A stretch of 59,883 nucleotides of DNA, counting the filler, from Thelocarpon superellum (lineage: Eukaryota), in NCBI GenBank assembly GCA_026025795.1. It is 2 parts of 2 records of this genome, joined end to end, with 100 filler letters (N's around TTAATTAATTAA, not from the genome) between each part and the next. Parts side by side here need not be neighbours in the genome. Positions count along the whole stretch, not along the records: positions 1 to 29,910 come from JAPEUG010000211.1; 1 more part is not named here. The stretch is one strand, 5' to 3'. Below the pieces are notes generated by a model that worked only from the letters and a program-made list of their open reading frames with translations, had not been told where the DNA came from and did not search any database. Shown in pieces: positions 1-11,073 of this stretch; within the stretch, counting starts at the first letter, position 1; each line of letters opens with the position of its first letter. The translations under genes were made by a program, and so were the position numbers.

Positions 1-162
1 GATGTGGATGTGGATGTGGATGTGGATGTGGATGTGGATGTGGATGTGGATGTGGATGTGGATGTGGATGTGGATGTGGATGTGGATGTGGATGTGGATG
101 TGGATGTGGATGTGGATGTGGATGTGGATGTGGCTGTGGCTGTGGATGTGGATGTGGCTGTG
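1..162. repeat. Hexanucleotide microsatellite (GATGTG)n with GCTGTG variants, 27 units, running off the window start
   Basis: Read directly: 22 perfect GATGTG units (1-132), then mixed GCTGTG/GATGTG to 162. Confidence 0.98.
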
Positions 163-395
163 GAATGCATGCTTGACCGGGACCTGGAATTGGCTGATGT
201 CGTTGTCCTTCTAATGCGACGACGTACATGCGGGAGAGGCTCAGGGGAGACCAGAAAGGATCAAGGAGTAGAAGATGAACACAGTCCGTTTAACGCGAAT
301 GACGGAGGGATCGAGGCTGATGTGCAGCCAAGCTTTGCTGCAACTCCAGTAGATGCTGAATGGCACACCGACGATCGATGCATCCTCGAGGCATT

Positions 396-794
396 TCAAC
401 CGAAGGACTGATCGTGACGTGAAACCGCATTTCCCTGCCTCTTGAGAACGCGGCGTCGCTTGACCTCTTCTTGCTCTTTCCATTTCATCCTGGCCTTTGT
501 CCAGAGAGTATCTCCTCGAGTGTACTGCGGCGTATTCCATAGACAGGTGATCCATCCGAACGGCGGCTTGAACTCGTAGACTTCGCTTGAAGGACCAACA
601 AGGGGGAGGACATCTCTCAGCGAGACGACTAGAGGGCGGTCCGATTGGCCAGCAGAAATCACTACGGTGACCTTCACGTACCAACGTTCTCCGAATGGTC
701 TCAACGCGCTAAGGTCGTCACGTACATCAGAATTTGACTCGACCGCCAATGAACACGCATCCTCCCATGTCGACAACCTCGCCCTGCTGAACAT
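396..794 (-). CDS. Possible hypothetical protein (exon); start unresolved
   Basis: 132-aa ORF with protein-like composition and a basic C-terminal helix; a GTGAGA donor-like site lies near 810. No family recognised. Confidence 0.25.
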   Translation of the reverse strand: MFSRARLSTWEDACSLAVESNSDVRDDLSALRPFGERWYVKVTVVISAGQSDRPLVVSLRDVLPLVGPSSEVYEFKPPFGWITCLWNTPQYTRGDTLWTKARMKWKEQEEVKRRRVLKRQGNAVSRHDQSFG

Positions 795-839
795 CGTGAG
801 AAGAACCTGAACATCTCACCTTGTTCGGTCTTTCGCATA

Positions 840-1885
840 TCTGGGAGCATTCCTTGACACTCTCATCTCCTTGATAGATTCGCGCATGGCTGTGCCATTA
901 CCGTTGCCGTCTCTCTTCTGGAGCTACTCCGTTTAGGCTCCCGACTCCACAATGGATTCACCCATGATAAAGCTATACCCTGTACTATCTGCTGTCATGT
1001 GCCGCCCTCAACGCTCTTCACTCTGGAATGCATAAGTTCTGGAAGAGTCATCACCTATGCGTTCTACCATCGAGGGCCACTTCATTCACGCTCCTGACTC
1101 TACAATAGACTCATCAAGGCTGGGTCAACGCTCACGTTTCTTATGATTCAGTGCCGGCCCTTCACGCGACCGACCTCGCAGTGGATTGACTGATGAAAGT
1201 ACAACAGCATGTGATACCTAATATCTAGAGCTGCCCCCTTGGCGCTCCCAATTCACGAATAGATTTACTGCAGATTTGACAAATCTACGCGATGTATTAT
1301 CTATAGCGGCCCCCCTCACGCTCCCGACTCCCGGAGGGGTTACCCAGGTTTTTGTTCATGCCGAGGATATCTACGACCTAGTGGCGCCCCTTGGTCCTTC
1401 CGGCTCCGCGTTAGTCTCACTTGAATCGATGTTTGTGCCGATAATATGTATGATCAGGTGCCGCCCTTCGACACTTGTGGCTCCGCGATGAATTCACCCG
1501 AGTCTGTGTGAGTATGCATGACTTTTGTGATCCGGTGCCGCCTCTTGGCCCTCCCAGCCCTTCATTGAATTACTTGTGAATATCTCATTAGCTCGGTTGT
1601 TTTTGTCCAGTGCCGCCCCCTAACACTGAAACTCTAGAATTATTCTCCCATAGCTGTGTTGACAATCTTCATCATCCCCTCTGGAGTGAGGCCCCCTGAC
1701 ACTACGGGCTCATGGATAATTCACCTGTGGCTGTGTTATGATCTGTGGTATCTGCTCTCCAGTGCCGCTCCTCAACACTTCCGACTCCACAGTCATTCAC
1801 CCACTTGTGTACTGTCTGTGTTATCTACCGTCTAGTGCCGCTCCCTTGACGCAGTCACACTACGGTAATCACTGCCATCCGCCCG
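840..1885. repeat. Degenerate tandem array, ~76-77 bp period, ~14 units
   Basis: Recurring core resembling AGTGCCGCCCCTTGACRCTCCCGACTCCACAATGRATTCACCC, with anchors at about 845, 921, 999, 1074, 1151, 1228, 1304, 1381, 1458, 1535, 1610, 1686, 1762 and 1835. Confidence 0.85.
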
Positions 1886-2160
1886 TGAGGAGTACTTCAC
1901 GCGCTTTCTCCTCCTTCGGTCGCAGTTCTTTTGTCGACACGCACCATCCGCTCCTGCTTTACCTTGGAGTCCGCGCGCCCTCGACCTCTCTCTTCTTTCT
2001 TTCGCTCGCAACACCACCACCTCTTCCTCCACCACCTCCACCACCTCCACCACCGCCATCGCTACCGCCACCACCACTACAAATACCTTCTCTTTCTCCT
2101 TCTCGATCGTCTCTTCTCTCTCTACGACTTCTACTGTCCCGTTTCCGTCGGACGGTAGCC

Positions 2161-3598
2161 ATGGACGCCGGCCAGAGCCCAGATAGCTGGACGTCGCCTT
2201 CGCCGCTAGAGGCCCAGGAGCCAGAGGATCTTGCCCTGCTTCAGGCACCCATCTGGCCGACGCCTCACAACGCCGTCCTTCAACAGCCGGGGACCTTCGA
2301 ACACCAACAGCTGGGGTTTAACCCTCACCATTCGGAGAGCCTCGGTGCTCTGTCTCTGAGCAACGCGCCCACCCCCACCGCGGGGCCATACCATACTTCG
2401 TCGACGCAGATCCCAAGCGCCGTCATGGGTCTGGAAGTGACAACTACTCCCGGGGCCCACCCGCCCGAGCGCGAGATCGTCGACCAAGACGGCGACTTGC
2501 TCGTCCATTGCGGCGATACGCAGTTCCTGGTCTCGAGCAAGGTTCTGTCTCTGATCTCACCCATGTTCAAGGCCATCATCGCCACCCTGGTTGCGGCGCC
2601 CCAGGTATCCGGCGCCACCCCGCCTCAGGCTGGGAAGCCGCTGGAGCTCCAGTTCCCGAACGACAACGCCGACGTGATGGCGCTGCTGTTCTATGTCGCC
2701 CACTACTCACCGAAGCGGCACGGGTTGCAGGTCGGGAGCGACCGCAACCTCAAGCTGATCGAGCTGGCGAGCAAGTACGACTGCATCGCCACTATCCGAC
2801 TCGAGAGCCAGTCCTGGCTGCGCGCCATGGCCCAGGCCGACGTGGACAACGTCGAGAACCGGAAGTCCTCCGCAATCTGGCAAGCGGCCACTGCGGCCTA
2901 CATCCTGGAGTTTCCGGCCGAGTTCGCCCACTTCACCTCCATCTTGGCCTTGCAGCTGCCGGCGGACGAGCTCGAGGGCGTCCCGATTCCGCCGAAGATG
3001 CCGGCGACGGTGCCGGGTAAGTTTCTTCCCTTCCAGTCACCACTTCGCTCTCACTCGCACTGAACCGAAACTGAAGTGTGCTAACATCTGATTCACAGCA
3101 TTGCTGAACGCAGCACGGCGGACGATGCTGCAAGGCCTGATTGGTGAGGTGGAGAAGGGGCTGGACGACCTCTGCCTGGCCAACGCGCAGTACAGCAAGG
3201 AGTGGAAGGTGTGCGCAGGGTGCGCGATGCTCAAGCCACCGCCGACCAAGAAGTGCGGACGATGCGGGAGCATGGTGTTCCGGCCGGCGTACTGCGACCG
3301 GGACGACCGCGTGCACAACTACATCACCGCCATCACGGCCGCGCAACTCCGCCCGATGTCGAGCCAGCTGGACGATAGCGCGATCGCCTTCCACAACAAG
3401 GTTCGGACACTGCGCGAACATCTCCACCACGCCTGCTCCGGCATCGACCGCTGTCCGCTCATGAGTGCCGCCGCGGGAGTCAAGAAGCGCGTGGACGACC
3501 GCATGGCGAAAGGTGCCGGGTTGGACCTACGCAACTTCCCAAGTCCAGCCATCAAATCTGCTGCACAGCAGATGCCAGGCCCGCTGGTGCTACGCTGA
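2161..3598 (+). CDS. BTB/POZ-domain protein with a C-terminal CxxC...CxxC motif; 2 exons (2161-3016, 3099-3598)
   Basis: Fungal BTB signature DGDLLVHCGDTQFLVSSKVLSLISPMFKA...LELQFPNDNADVMALLFYVAH...LASKYDC. Intron GTAAGT...GCTAAC...CAG (3017-3098) joins the two frames correctly. CAGC...CGRC lies in exon 2. Confidence 0.88.
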
Positions 3599-4565
3599 GG
3601 GTGGAAAGACATGGACACTGGAGCTGCACCGAAAATGGGGGGAGAGTGGACACCAACAGTCCGCGCAGCAGATTGACAGATTGACGACAGCGCACTGCGC
3701 GTTACAGAGATCGTGCATGCCCAGGGTGCTTAGGGTAGATTAGATGACTGAATTCACAAACATGATTACTGCAATGAACCCAGTTTATCCAGCAGCAGAC
3801 ACTGTATAGTACACGCCACCCCAACTCGACTAGCAAACATCATCTGCGTGTTGAGTTCGAAAGTGCCCCATCCTATCTAAGATAGACACGATATGATACG
3901 AAGGTAGGCCCCGGTATGTTCACGTGTTAAACCCGGGGCCACCCTATCAAATATGTCAGTATGCCGGAGCCAGGCAGGGATAGGTACGAAGTAGATGGAC
4001 CAGCAAGCGTCCATCAGATCTCAGACGATTACACGGGAATTGTTTCATTTAATTGTATAGGAGCGCTAGGAGTTTTGGGGGGGAAGACTATCACCGAATG
4101 TATCCATCATCCTCGTCCTCGTCGGCGTCCTTGTCATCACCACGCATGCGCCACCAGGGTTGAAAAGAGATAGATTCGCCACTCGCTTCCTTCCTGCACC
4201 GTCCAGTTCCTCACCAACGCACGAAATAATTGAAAAATCAAGGTAATGTGAAGAAAGCCCAGGAAGAGCATCCACCGACTCCATCCTCGTTCCCGATCCT
4301 TTCCTTCCCCCCGGGATTAGCTCCCCCTCGCTCCTCGTCTCCTTTGATGACTTTCATAACGACAATCAGAATCGTACGCGCGTGTACATCCATGATGACC
4401 TGATCAGAAAAGTCAACAGATGAGATAAGTTGAGATTAAAATGGAATAAAAATGAAATGCGACGGAATGAACCAAAGAACAATTTAGCACCATCGCCGAG
4501 ACTCCTGACAACTTCCGACCTGCGACCGTTGCATATTAGAGCCCTTTCCTCCCGCGCTTTCTCGC

Positions 4566-5678
4566 TCAGAGTCCATAAGAGCTGACGCCAAAGCCGCTGT
4601 CCAAAGTGAAAGCATGGCCTGGCAGGCCGCCTGCGCCTGCATATGGCTGCTCTCGACATAGACTGTTAAAGTCGTTGAGCTGCTCCGTGCTCGAGTAGGC
4701 GGCGGAGACGAACGAGGTGCGGCGGTCCGGGTGGTCGAGGTCGAGGTCAAGCTCGCCGCCGCCCGTGCCGTAGCTGCCCTGGTCGCTGCCGTCGACGCAG
4801 CCCAAGAGCTGCTCCCACTCTTCTGGCGACACGCTGGTCTGGAGGCTGGTGCCGTCGCTCAGGTCCGAGCCCAGGGGGAAGTAGTCGAGGTTGGGCCGGA
4901 TCGCTCGTCGGAGCCGCTTCTCTGGCACCCGGTCCAGCGACTGGTCGAGCGCCGTCGTCGGCGTCATCAGCGAGCTGCTCGGAGCTGGCGTCATGCCGTG
5001 GCTTTGTGCCAGCCCCGCGTGCATGGACGGTGCGGGGACGGCCAGGGTGTTGGGTGCCGAGGGCATCGCCGGGCGCTCATCCACGTGGTAGTCGATGCGC
5101 GGATACTCGGCAAAGGGTGATCGGAAGCGTTTGCGCGACGGCTTGCCCAGCTTGTGGATGGCGCTGTTGCTGTTGCTGTTGCCGTTGCTGTCGCTCGAGG
5201 TCTTGGAGTCGTCTTCCGTCGCGCTCGTCACCGACGGGTGGACGGAGAAGATGTCGTCCTGACTGGCAGCGGTCTCGCTGTAGAGCGTCGCGGCGCTCGG
5301 CTTGTGCGCGTAGGATTGGCTGGCGCGAGGCGACACGGAGTGGGATGAGGCGCGGGGCGGGGTGGTGCGCGCATGTAGGCGCTCGAGGATGTCGATGATC
5401 TCGTCCTTTTCGTCGAGGAGATCCTTGAGCTCGCGCACCTCGGATTCCAGCGCCCGCACTCGCTCCTCAAGCGACTCGGTGTAACCACGCGGAAAGGCGC
5501 GGCGACTCAGCTTGTCGCTGGTGCGACATTCGAAGCCGACGTTGGCGCACTGCGAGCAGCACGGCCGAGTGCCGTCGCACCGAATCTTCTTGCTGCGGCA
5601 CCGATCACATGCCTGCGCCACCCGCGCCTGCGAGCTGGTGCCGACCGTGATGACTTTCAGCGGAACGATGCCAGGCAT
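4566..5678 (-). CDS. Zn(II)2Cys6 transcription factor, FacB/Acu-15/Cat8-like but short (370 aa, no middle homology region)
   Basis: [13 protein letters not shown]...[54 protein letters not shown] is the characteristic FacB/Cat8 N-terminus. C-terminal PNLDYFPL and EEWEQLLG motifs. Single ORF. Confidence 0.88.
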   Translation of the reverse strand: MPGIVPLKVITVGTSSQARVAQACDRCRSKKIRCDGTRPCCSQCANVGFECRTSDKLSRRAFPRGYTESLEERVRALESEVRELKDLLDEKDEIIDILERLHARTTPPRASSHSVSPRASQSYAHKPSAATLYSETAASQDDIFSVHPSVTSATEDDSKTSSDSNGNSNSNSAIHKLGKPSRKRFRSPFAEYPRIDYHVDERPAMPSAPNTLAVPAPSMHAGLAQSHGMTPAPSSSLMTPTTALDQSLDRVPEKRLRRAIRPNLDYFPLGSDLSDGTSLQTSVSPEEWEQLLGCVDGSDQGSYGTGGGELDLDLDHPDRRTSFVSAAYSSTEQLNDFNSLCREQPYAGAGGLPGHAFTLDSGFGVSSYGL

Positions 5679-6365
5679 GGTGGAAGTCGTCGGTGCAAAA
5701 CCGGCCACACGCGGAGAGCGGACGAGGTGCGGAGGTGATGATTGGGGGGGAGGAGGAGCAGGAGGAAGCGGAAGAGGGGCAAGATGGGAGACGAGACAAT
5801 AAGAGGATTGTCGCGGGGCAGACAATGACCGAGGAACTCGCTCGGCTGATGTAATGGATGCGGGCAAGCGGGAAAACGTGCCCGGTGAAAAAGTGCAGGC
5901 GAATAGCGGAAGCGGGTGAGCGAGGGCAGCACTACCAAGAGCTACGGCGGTGCATTCGCTGCCGAATGTGGGCAAGAGAAGCCGCTGGACACGAGGGACG
6001 ACGGGGCTACTTGTAAAGCCGTGGAACGTTACGGCGGACGTGGAAATGCACAAATGGCGCACACGAGAAAGCCACGGGTCAGCCAATCATGGGCCTCGGA
6101 TTTCAGCCACCCTAGGCTGACATCTGAGAGGCGAGGAACAGGGATGTGCATGTCGGCATCAGGACCGACTACCAGAACCATGGAGCCATGGTCGCCCCGG
6201 TTCGGAAGGTCTCTTCTCCACGTCCCACCCAGGCCCGTTGGCAATCGTCCAACATGCAGGGCCCGGTGGTCGACGGCCATCGCAGGGATATCACCTCGGT
6301 CATGGGGAGCAGTGGGCACGCTACGTTTCATGCAGAGGATCCGACCGCCGTCATGACGTGCATTC

Positions 6366-8329
6366 TCAAGCAAATTCCCCCAACTCCCCCGGTTCCCCCG
6401 CGTCAGGTTCTCCGTCACCTCCATCGTCTGCATCATCTGCATCCATGCCGCGCTCGACTCCAGCCGCCGCGGCCGTGGCCTCGGCCCCGCCCAGGTACCG
6501 CTGCACCACCTCTGTCGCCAAGAGCCTCGCTTGCTACCTCCCCATCACGTTAGTCGGCATCCCTCGCGACTCGCGAGCCACGAGCAATCAATCGAATCCT
6601 TCTGCACGCTCAACCGTGCACCAGAGACGAAGAGGAGTCAGCAGCGACAAGAATAGCAGCCAGTCGCCATACGTGCTCCTCGAATAGCCCCAAGAATAGC
6701 CCACGTACCTGTGCGTCGAGGTCCTGTGCGCAGCGACGCAGCAGTTCCTGCTCGATCCCTCGCAGTTCCATGGCCGCGCTCCACACGTGCGATCGAACGG
6801 TAGGATCACTCCGGGCCGCCTCCGCCGCGGCCTCGCTGACGCCCAGACGCTCCAGCTGAGCCATGACGCGACCCCGCACGAGAGTTGCGGCACGTAATTC
6901 GAATACGGGCCACAGGGGGTCGGCCAGCAAGCACTCTTGCAGCACCCCACTATCGTTGGTAATATCACGTTCATGCCAGTACGCTCGGAGCTCGCGATCG
7001 CCGTCGTTGGTTTGGAATACCTCGAAGCCGAGCCCATCTTCCTCGTTGACGCACGCCAGCCAGATCGTCGCACTCTCCCACTTGCTCGATCGCGCGTCGC
7101 TCGACACCCGGACCGCGGCCGCTTCGGCCATGATGGCTTCCTTGGCCCGCTTCAGCGGATCCTCTGTCGAGATGTCCAGGTCCAGCGAGAGCGCCGCCGT
7201 CCCCATCGGCGCTGGCTCAAGGAAGCCGTAGGAGAAGAGCATCTCGGATGCACTCTTGCCGTCGCCGTAGCTACGCCGGACGAGTCAGCGTCGCGCACAT
7301 GGTCGACAGACGAGGGGTGGGGCATGGCCGACCTGAGGGTGATCTCTTCACCCTGTCGAAACGTCGTGCCTGGCGGACGGAGCAGCACCGCGTTACCCCG
7401 CTGGTCCCGGTCGAAATAGACATTGGTCTCCTCGCCACGTGTGTGATTGAGCATGTCGACGCAGGGGACCAAGGCGTCGGCGTCCGTGCCAAAGCTAAGC
7501 GCACGTGAACGGAACCACGAATCCACCAGGAGCCAGTCCTCGACCGTGAGCTGATCCTGCTCCCACCACATGCGGGCACACCAAGGGATGCTCGCCGTCG
7601 ATAATCGCATGTGATCGAACTCGCGCTGCGTCCGCCGCAACTTGGCGCTCAGCGCCGCCTAGCCTCCCCCATCGTGAGCGACCATGCCCATCCCCCAGAC
7701 CGCCCAGCGCGCGGCGGCCGTGGGGTGTCTGCCGGCGATCAGGGCCTCACCTCGAGTGACGTGCCGATCAGCAATCCCTGCTCCGCACTAGTCCACGTGG
7801 TGGGGAGCGATACGGCCGAGAGAAATCTTGCGTATCTGGCCCCCACTTCAGCCGGGGGTGGGGGTGCCACGAAGGAGCCGGTGGGACACACTCCGTGATG
7901 GGGCCCGAGACTCCAATTCTCTCGTGGCAGTCGGGCGACGCGATGGTGATTTGTAAGAGCAGGTACAGCAAGATGGCACCTCGAGCGGTCTGGTTCGCGA
8001 TGTTAGGCCCGAGCCTGGAAGACACCACGGACCGAGCGGAGAAGGATGCGCCGTACTTTGGATAGGTCCCCCACCGCGTCCAGTAGCTGCCGCAGGTGGA
8101 CGTCGGCCTTGGCGTATCCCTCGACCGCCTCGGCGGACAGGATCAGGTCACTCGGGACGGTCATGAGCGGCCCGGCCTCCGTGGCGGCGATATCGCGCTG
8201 CGCAATCGCCGCGAACCCGCGGCCGGTGGGCTCCTCGCCCAGATGTTCAATGGCACAGCCATTGAACTCCACGTTGTTCAGTCGGGCCCAGGAGGCCAGC
8301 GCCGTGCTGGGAAGCAGAGCTCGTCTCAT
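6366..8329 (-). CDS. SET-domain protein lysine methyltransferase (Rubisco-LSMT/Rkm-like), about 6 exons
   Basis: WARLNNVEFNG, RGFAAIA, LMTVPSDLILS, SRALSF...ALVPCVDMLNH, GEEITL(S)YGD...EMLFSYGF. The last exon after intron 6534-6708 reads QARLLATEVVQRYLG...EFA*. Confidence 0.85.
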
Positions 8330-8682
8330 GGCAGATGCATGGGCTCGCAGCAATGGCGAAGAACGCCTCTTAGGACGTACAGTGTGTCAATGGCCGAAGC
8401 CGTGAACCACCGCCACAACCGTTACCAGAAGATGGATATGCTCGCTACCAGGCGTCCGTCCCAAAGTAGCATCTTTACCCGACGGCGAGGCTCGGCTCGC
8501 GTTGGCCGATGATGTCAGTATATGCCCCTCACTACAAACATTTACGACTATTACTGGTACTGTACTACTGGTAGACTTCACTACAGGAGAATTCATTGCA
8601 ACACACTCTCGTCCCAGTCCTCCCACCGTGTCCACCGAGGGTGGAGTCCATGTGCTCGATTCCTGGTGTCCAAAGTCCAACG

Positions 8683-9061
8683 ATGCTCAGACAGAGCTCC
8701 AGTGTGCGTTGGGCCATTGGTCGTTCGCCACTTCGCAGCGTCCGGCCATTCTCCTACACGTCGTGGCGTCCAATGGCCAAAGAGGAGAATTTAAAGGACC
8801 ACGTCACGGACAAACCCGGCGAGCTCGACATCCAAACATCCGCCTCCAAGTCAGGCAAGCGGGATCGAATTGCAGACGACAAGGCTTCGTCGTCAGCCGC
8901 CAGCGAGAGGGATCAATCACGCAGCAACGAGAAGGCCCAAAAAGATCACCCAGAGGCCCCAGGACCAGTCATGGGCATGAATGACGAGAGAGGAGGCGTG
9001 AGCGCAGCTGGTCCTCCCAGTGGTGCTTCAATTGGCTCACATTTTCTAGAAGGGGCTCTGA
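8683..9061 (+). CDS. Small conserved fungal hydrophilic protein with a mitochondrial-presequence-like N-terminus; 2 exons (8683-8997, 9050-9061)
   Basis: Arg/Ser-rich N-terminus; C-terminus KDHPEAPGPVMGMNDERGG|KGL* after a GTGAGC...GCTCAC...TAG intron. Confidence 0.72.
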
Positions 9062-9075
9062 CGGACTGCAGCAAG

Positions 9076-10859
9076 CTATGCTCGTCCGACCTTGAAGGAG
9101 AGGACCTACAGCGAAGGATCTGTCAGCACTGGCGCGTAGATACTCTAAGAATAGAAAATACCGTGCACGTACATCGTTCTTTCCCACCCCGACCATGTCG
9201 TCCTCCGCCACGCGCACACCTCCAGCACCTTCCACATATGCCAATGGCGCATCGCCCAGCACTTTCCGAGCTACTTCCGCCACAGTCGTGTTCCTTTCGT
9301 GGGGTGAGACATGGCCTCGAACCTCGGCGTCGGCTGGGGCGGACTTACTTTCGTACCAAGACGCAGTCTCGAAAAACTGCATTGGATCCCGCCGCGCCGG
9401 AGGAAAAGGTGTGGATGTTGCGGACGGGAAAGACTGGGACCAATCCAAGGAGCTCGGCAGCCCTAGAGAGTACCTGGACGACTCCAGTCGAGCCGAATCG
9501 AAAGAGAACCATGTCCTGCAAGTTCTCGATCCGTCTGTCTCACGTTAGCCAAGTATCTCAGTCAGTTCTCCTTGGGGACCTTTACGTCTTTAACTTTTCA
9601 TCGAGCTCTTTGAGACCACCTCCGTCGGACTCGCCTTCTTGGATGAGATCGTCCCGAGTATAGATGTACTCGCTCCCCTCGGTGTATCGAATGAATCCTT
9701 GTTTGGCCAGCTTTCGTAAGAAGACCTCCGACACCGCAGACGTCAGGACGATAGATTCAGGCGGCTGCTGCTTGGCGATCTTGGCGATGTTCTTCCGAGC
9801 GGTTAGTCCAAGCACCTTGGCCGCCGTCACAACCACCAACCTTATCGGCATCTGCGTGATCAATCTTATTCAGTGCAATGACGGTGGGGAATTTCTCGTC
9901 GGTGAAGGCATTGACAACTCGGGCGATTGTCTCATTCGACCAGGCTTCCAGCGGCTCTTTCAACGCCAGTCGATCCAGACACCGTGCCACCACCTGGGGC
10001 GTACTCCCGTAGCCCGAGAACTGGTTCTGCAGCGTCTCGACGGCCGTCGCCTCTGCGTATCTCGTCAGAGCGCCATGCCGAAGCTGGGCAGATGACTCAC
10101 TGACTGATCGCAATGTGACGTCGTTTGATCGAGCCCCTGAGCCGGCATCAGCACCCGCCCCGCGTGACCAAGACGCAGTCGGTCGTCAAGGTATTCACCA
10201 TTTCTCCATTAGGTTGCCTTGGATCCATTGGACGATCTCAGACCGTAGCCAGACGATATCCTGCGAAGGGTCATAGCCTCTCGTGGCCTTTCCTGTGGGC
10301 TCGACGCGTCAACACCATAGCGTAGGGAAGGATGAGAGGCTCTACCTTCGGCATCAGTCGTTCCACTGACGTCGACCACATGCACTAAAGCGTCGGCATG
10401 TCGAAGATCGTCCAGGAACTTGTTACCTAGCCCTTTGCCCTCATGTGCTCCCGGCACTAGTCCGGCCACATCCAACAACTCAATCGGCACGGAGCGCCGT
10501 CCATCGTAGCAGGCGCCGTAATTGGGTTTACATCGATCTGTTACGTTGTAGCGTGCGCAGGCGCATGAAATCTGCAGATACCCGATGGCTCGTTGAGGAT
10601 CAATCGTCGTGAATCTGACCCGCGGACAACATCAGCTAAGCAACCTCGAATTGCTCGAACCCGACCACGGAAAGTCGACCACGCACGGAAAATTTCCTAG
10701 ACAGACCGTCGTCAGCTCAGGTCCAGGGCCATTGCCCAAGGTCCGCAAAGGTGTCCGGAACTTGCCCACTTTCGAACTTGCATCAGTCAAGCTATTCAGC
10801 GTTGTGGATTTCCCCGACGAGGGCTTGCCAACCAAGCCAATCAGCGGATCTCGAGGCAT
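9076..10859 (-). CDS. Obg-family GTPase, Ygr210-type, multi-exon
   Basis: [23 protein letters not shown], CxC insert, [40 protein letters not shown], and a C-terminal TGS-like region ending VLSFKVGRA*. Confidence 0.92.
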
Positions 10860-11073
10860 GTCCGGGCGTGACGAGCCTACAAGTACAGTGTTGACGGTAT
10901 GAGACGCACATGTTCGATTTCATCAAAGCCAGCGAAATTCCTGCTTAGTCACTACGGATCCTTTGACTGTGAGGTCACTTTACTTTCGCCGTGGAGAGCA
11001 GATGCTATCAAGTATTCATTCGAAGCCAGGTGCCGAGTTCAGAGCTCTTAATACGACTATTTGACCTAAAAAT

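Noticed and set aside
1..162. Telomere, or MWMW/VDVD proteins
   Set aside because: The motif is not TTAGGG-like; the + strand ORFs are artefacts of the hexamer repeat.
840..1885. CRISPR array or tRNA array
   Set aside because: The repeats are far too degenerate, the variable parts also share homology (e.g. CTGTG...ATCT), no cas genes are present, the context is fungal, and units show no cloverleaf or T-loop motif.
1738..2160. N-terminal extension of the BTB ORF with poly-Pro
   Set aside because: It overlaps the tandem array and a pyrimidine/CCA-rich 5' leader; ATG 2161 has the better context.
8596..9663. 355-aa single-exon ORF
   Set aside because: The second half is antisense to the GTPase gene; an intron at 8998 gives the short C-terminus.
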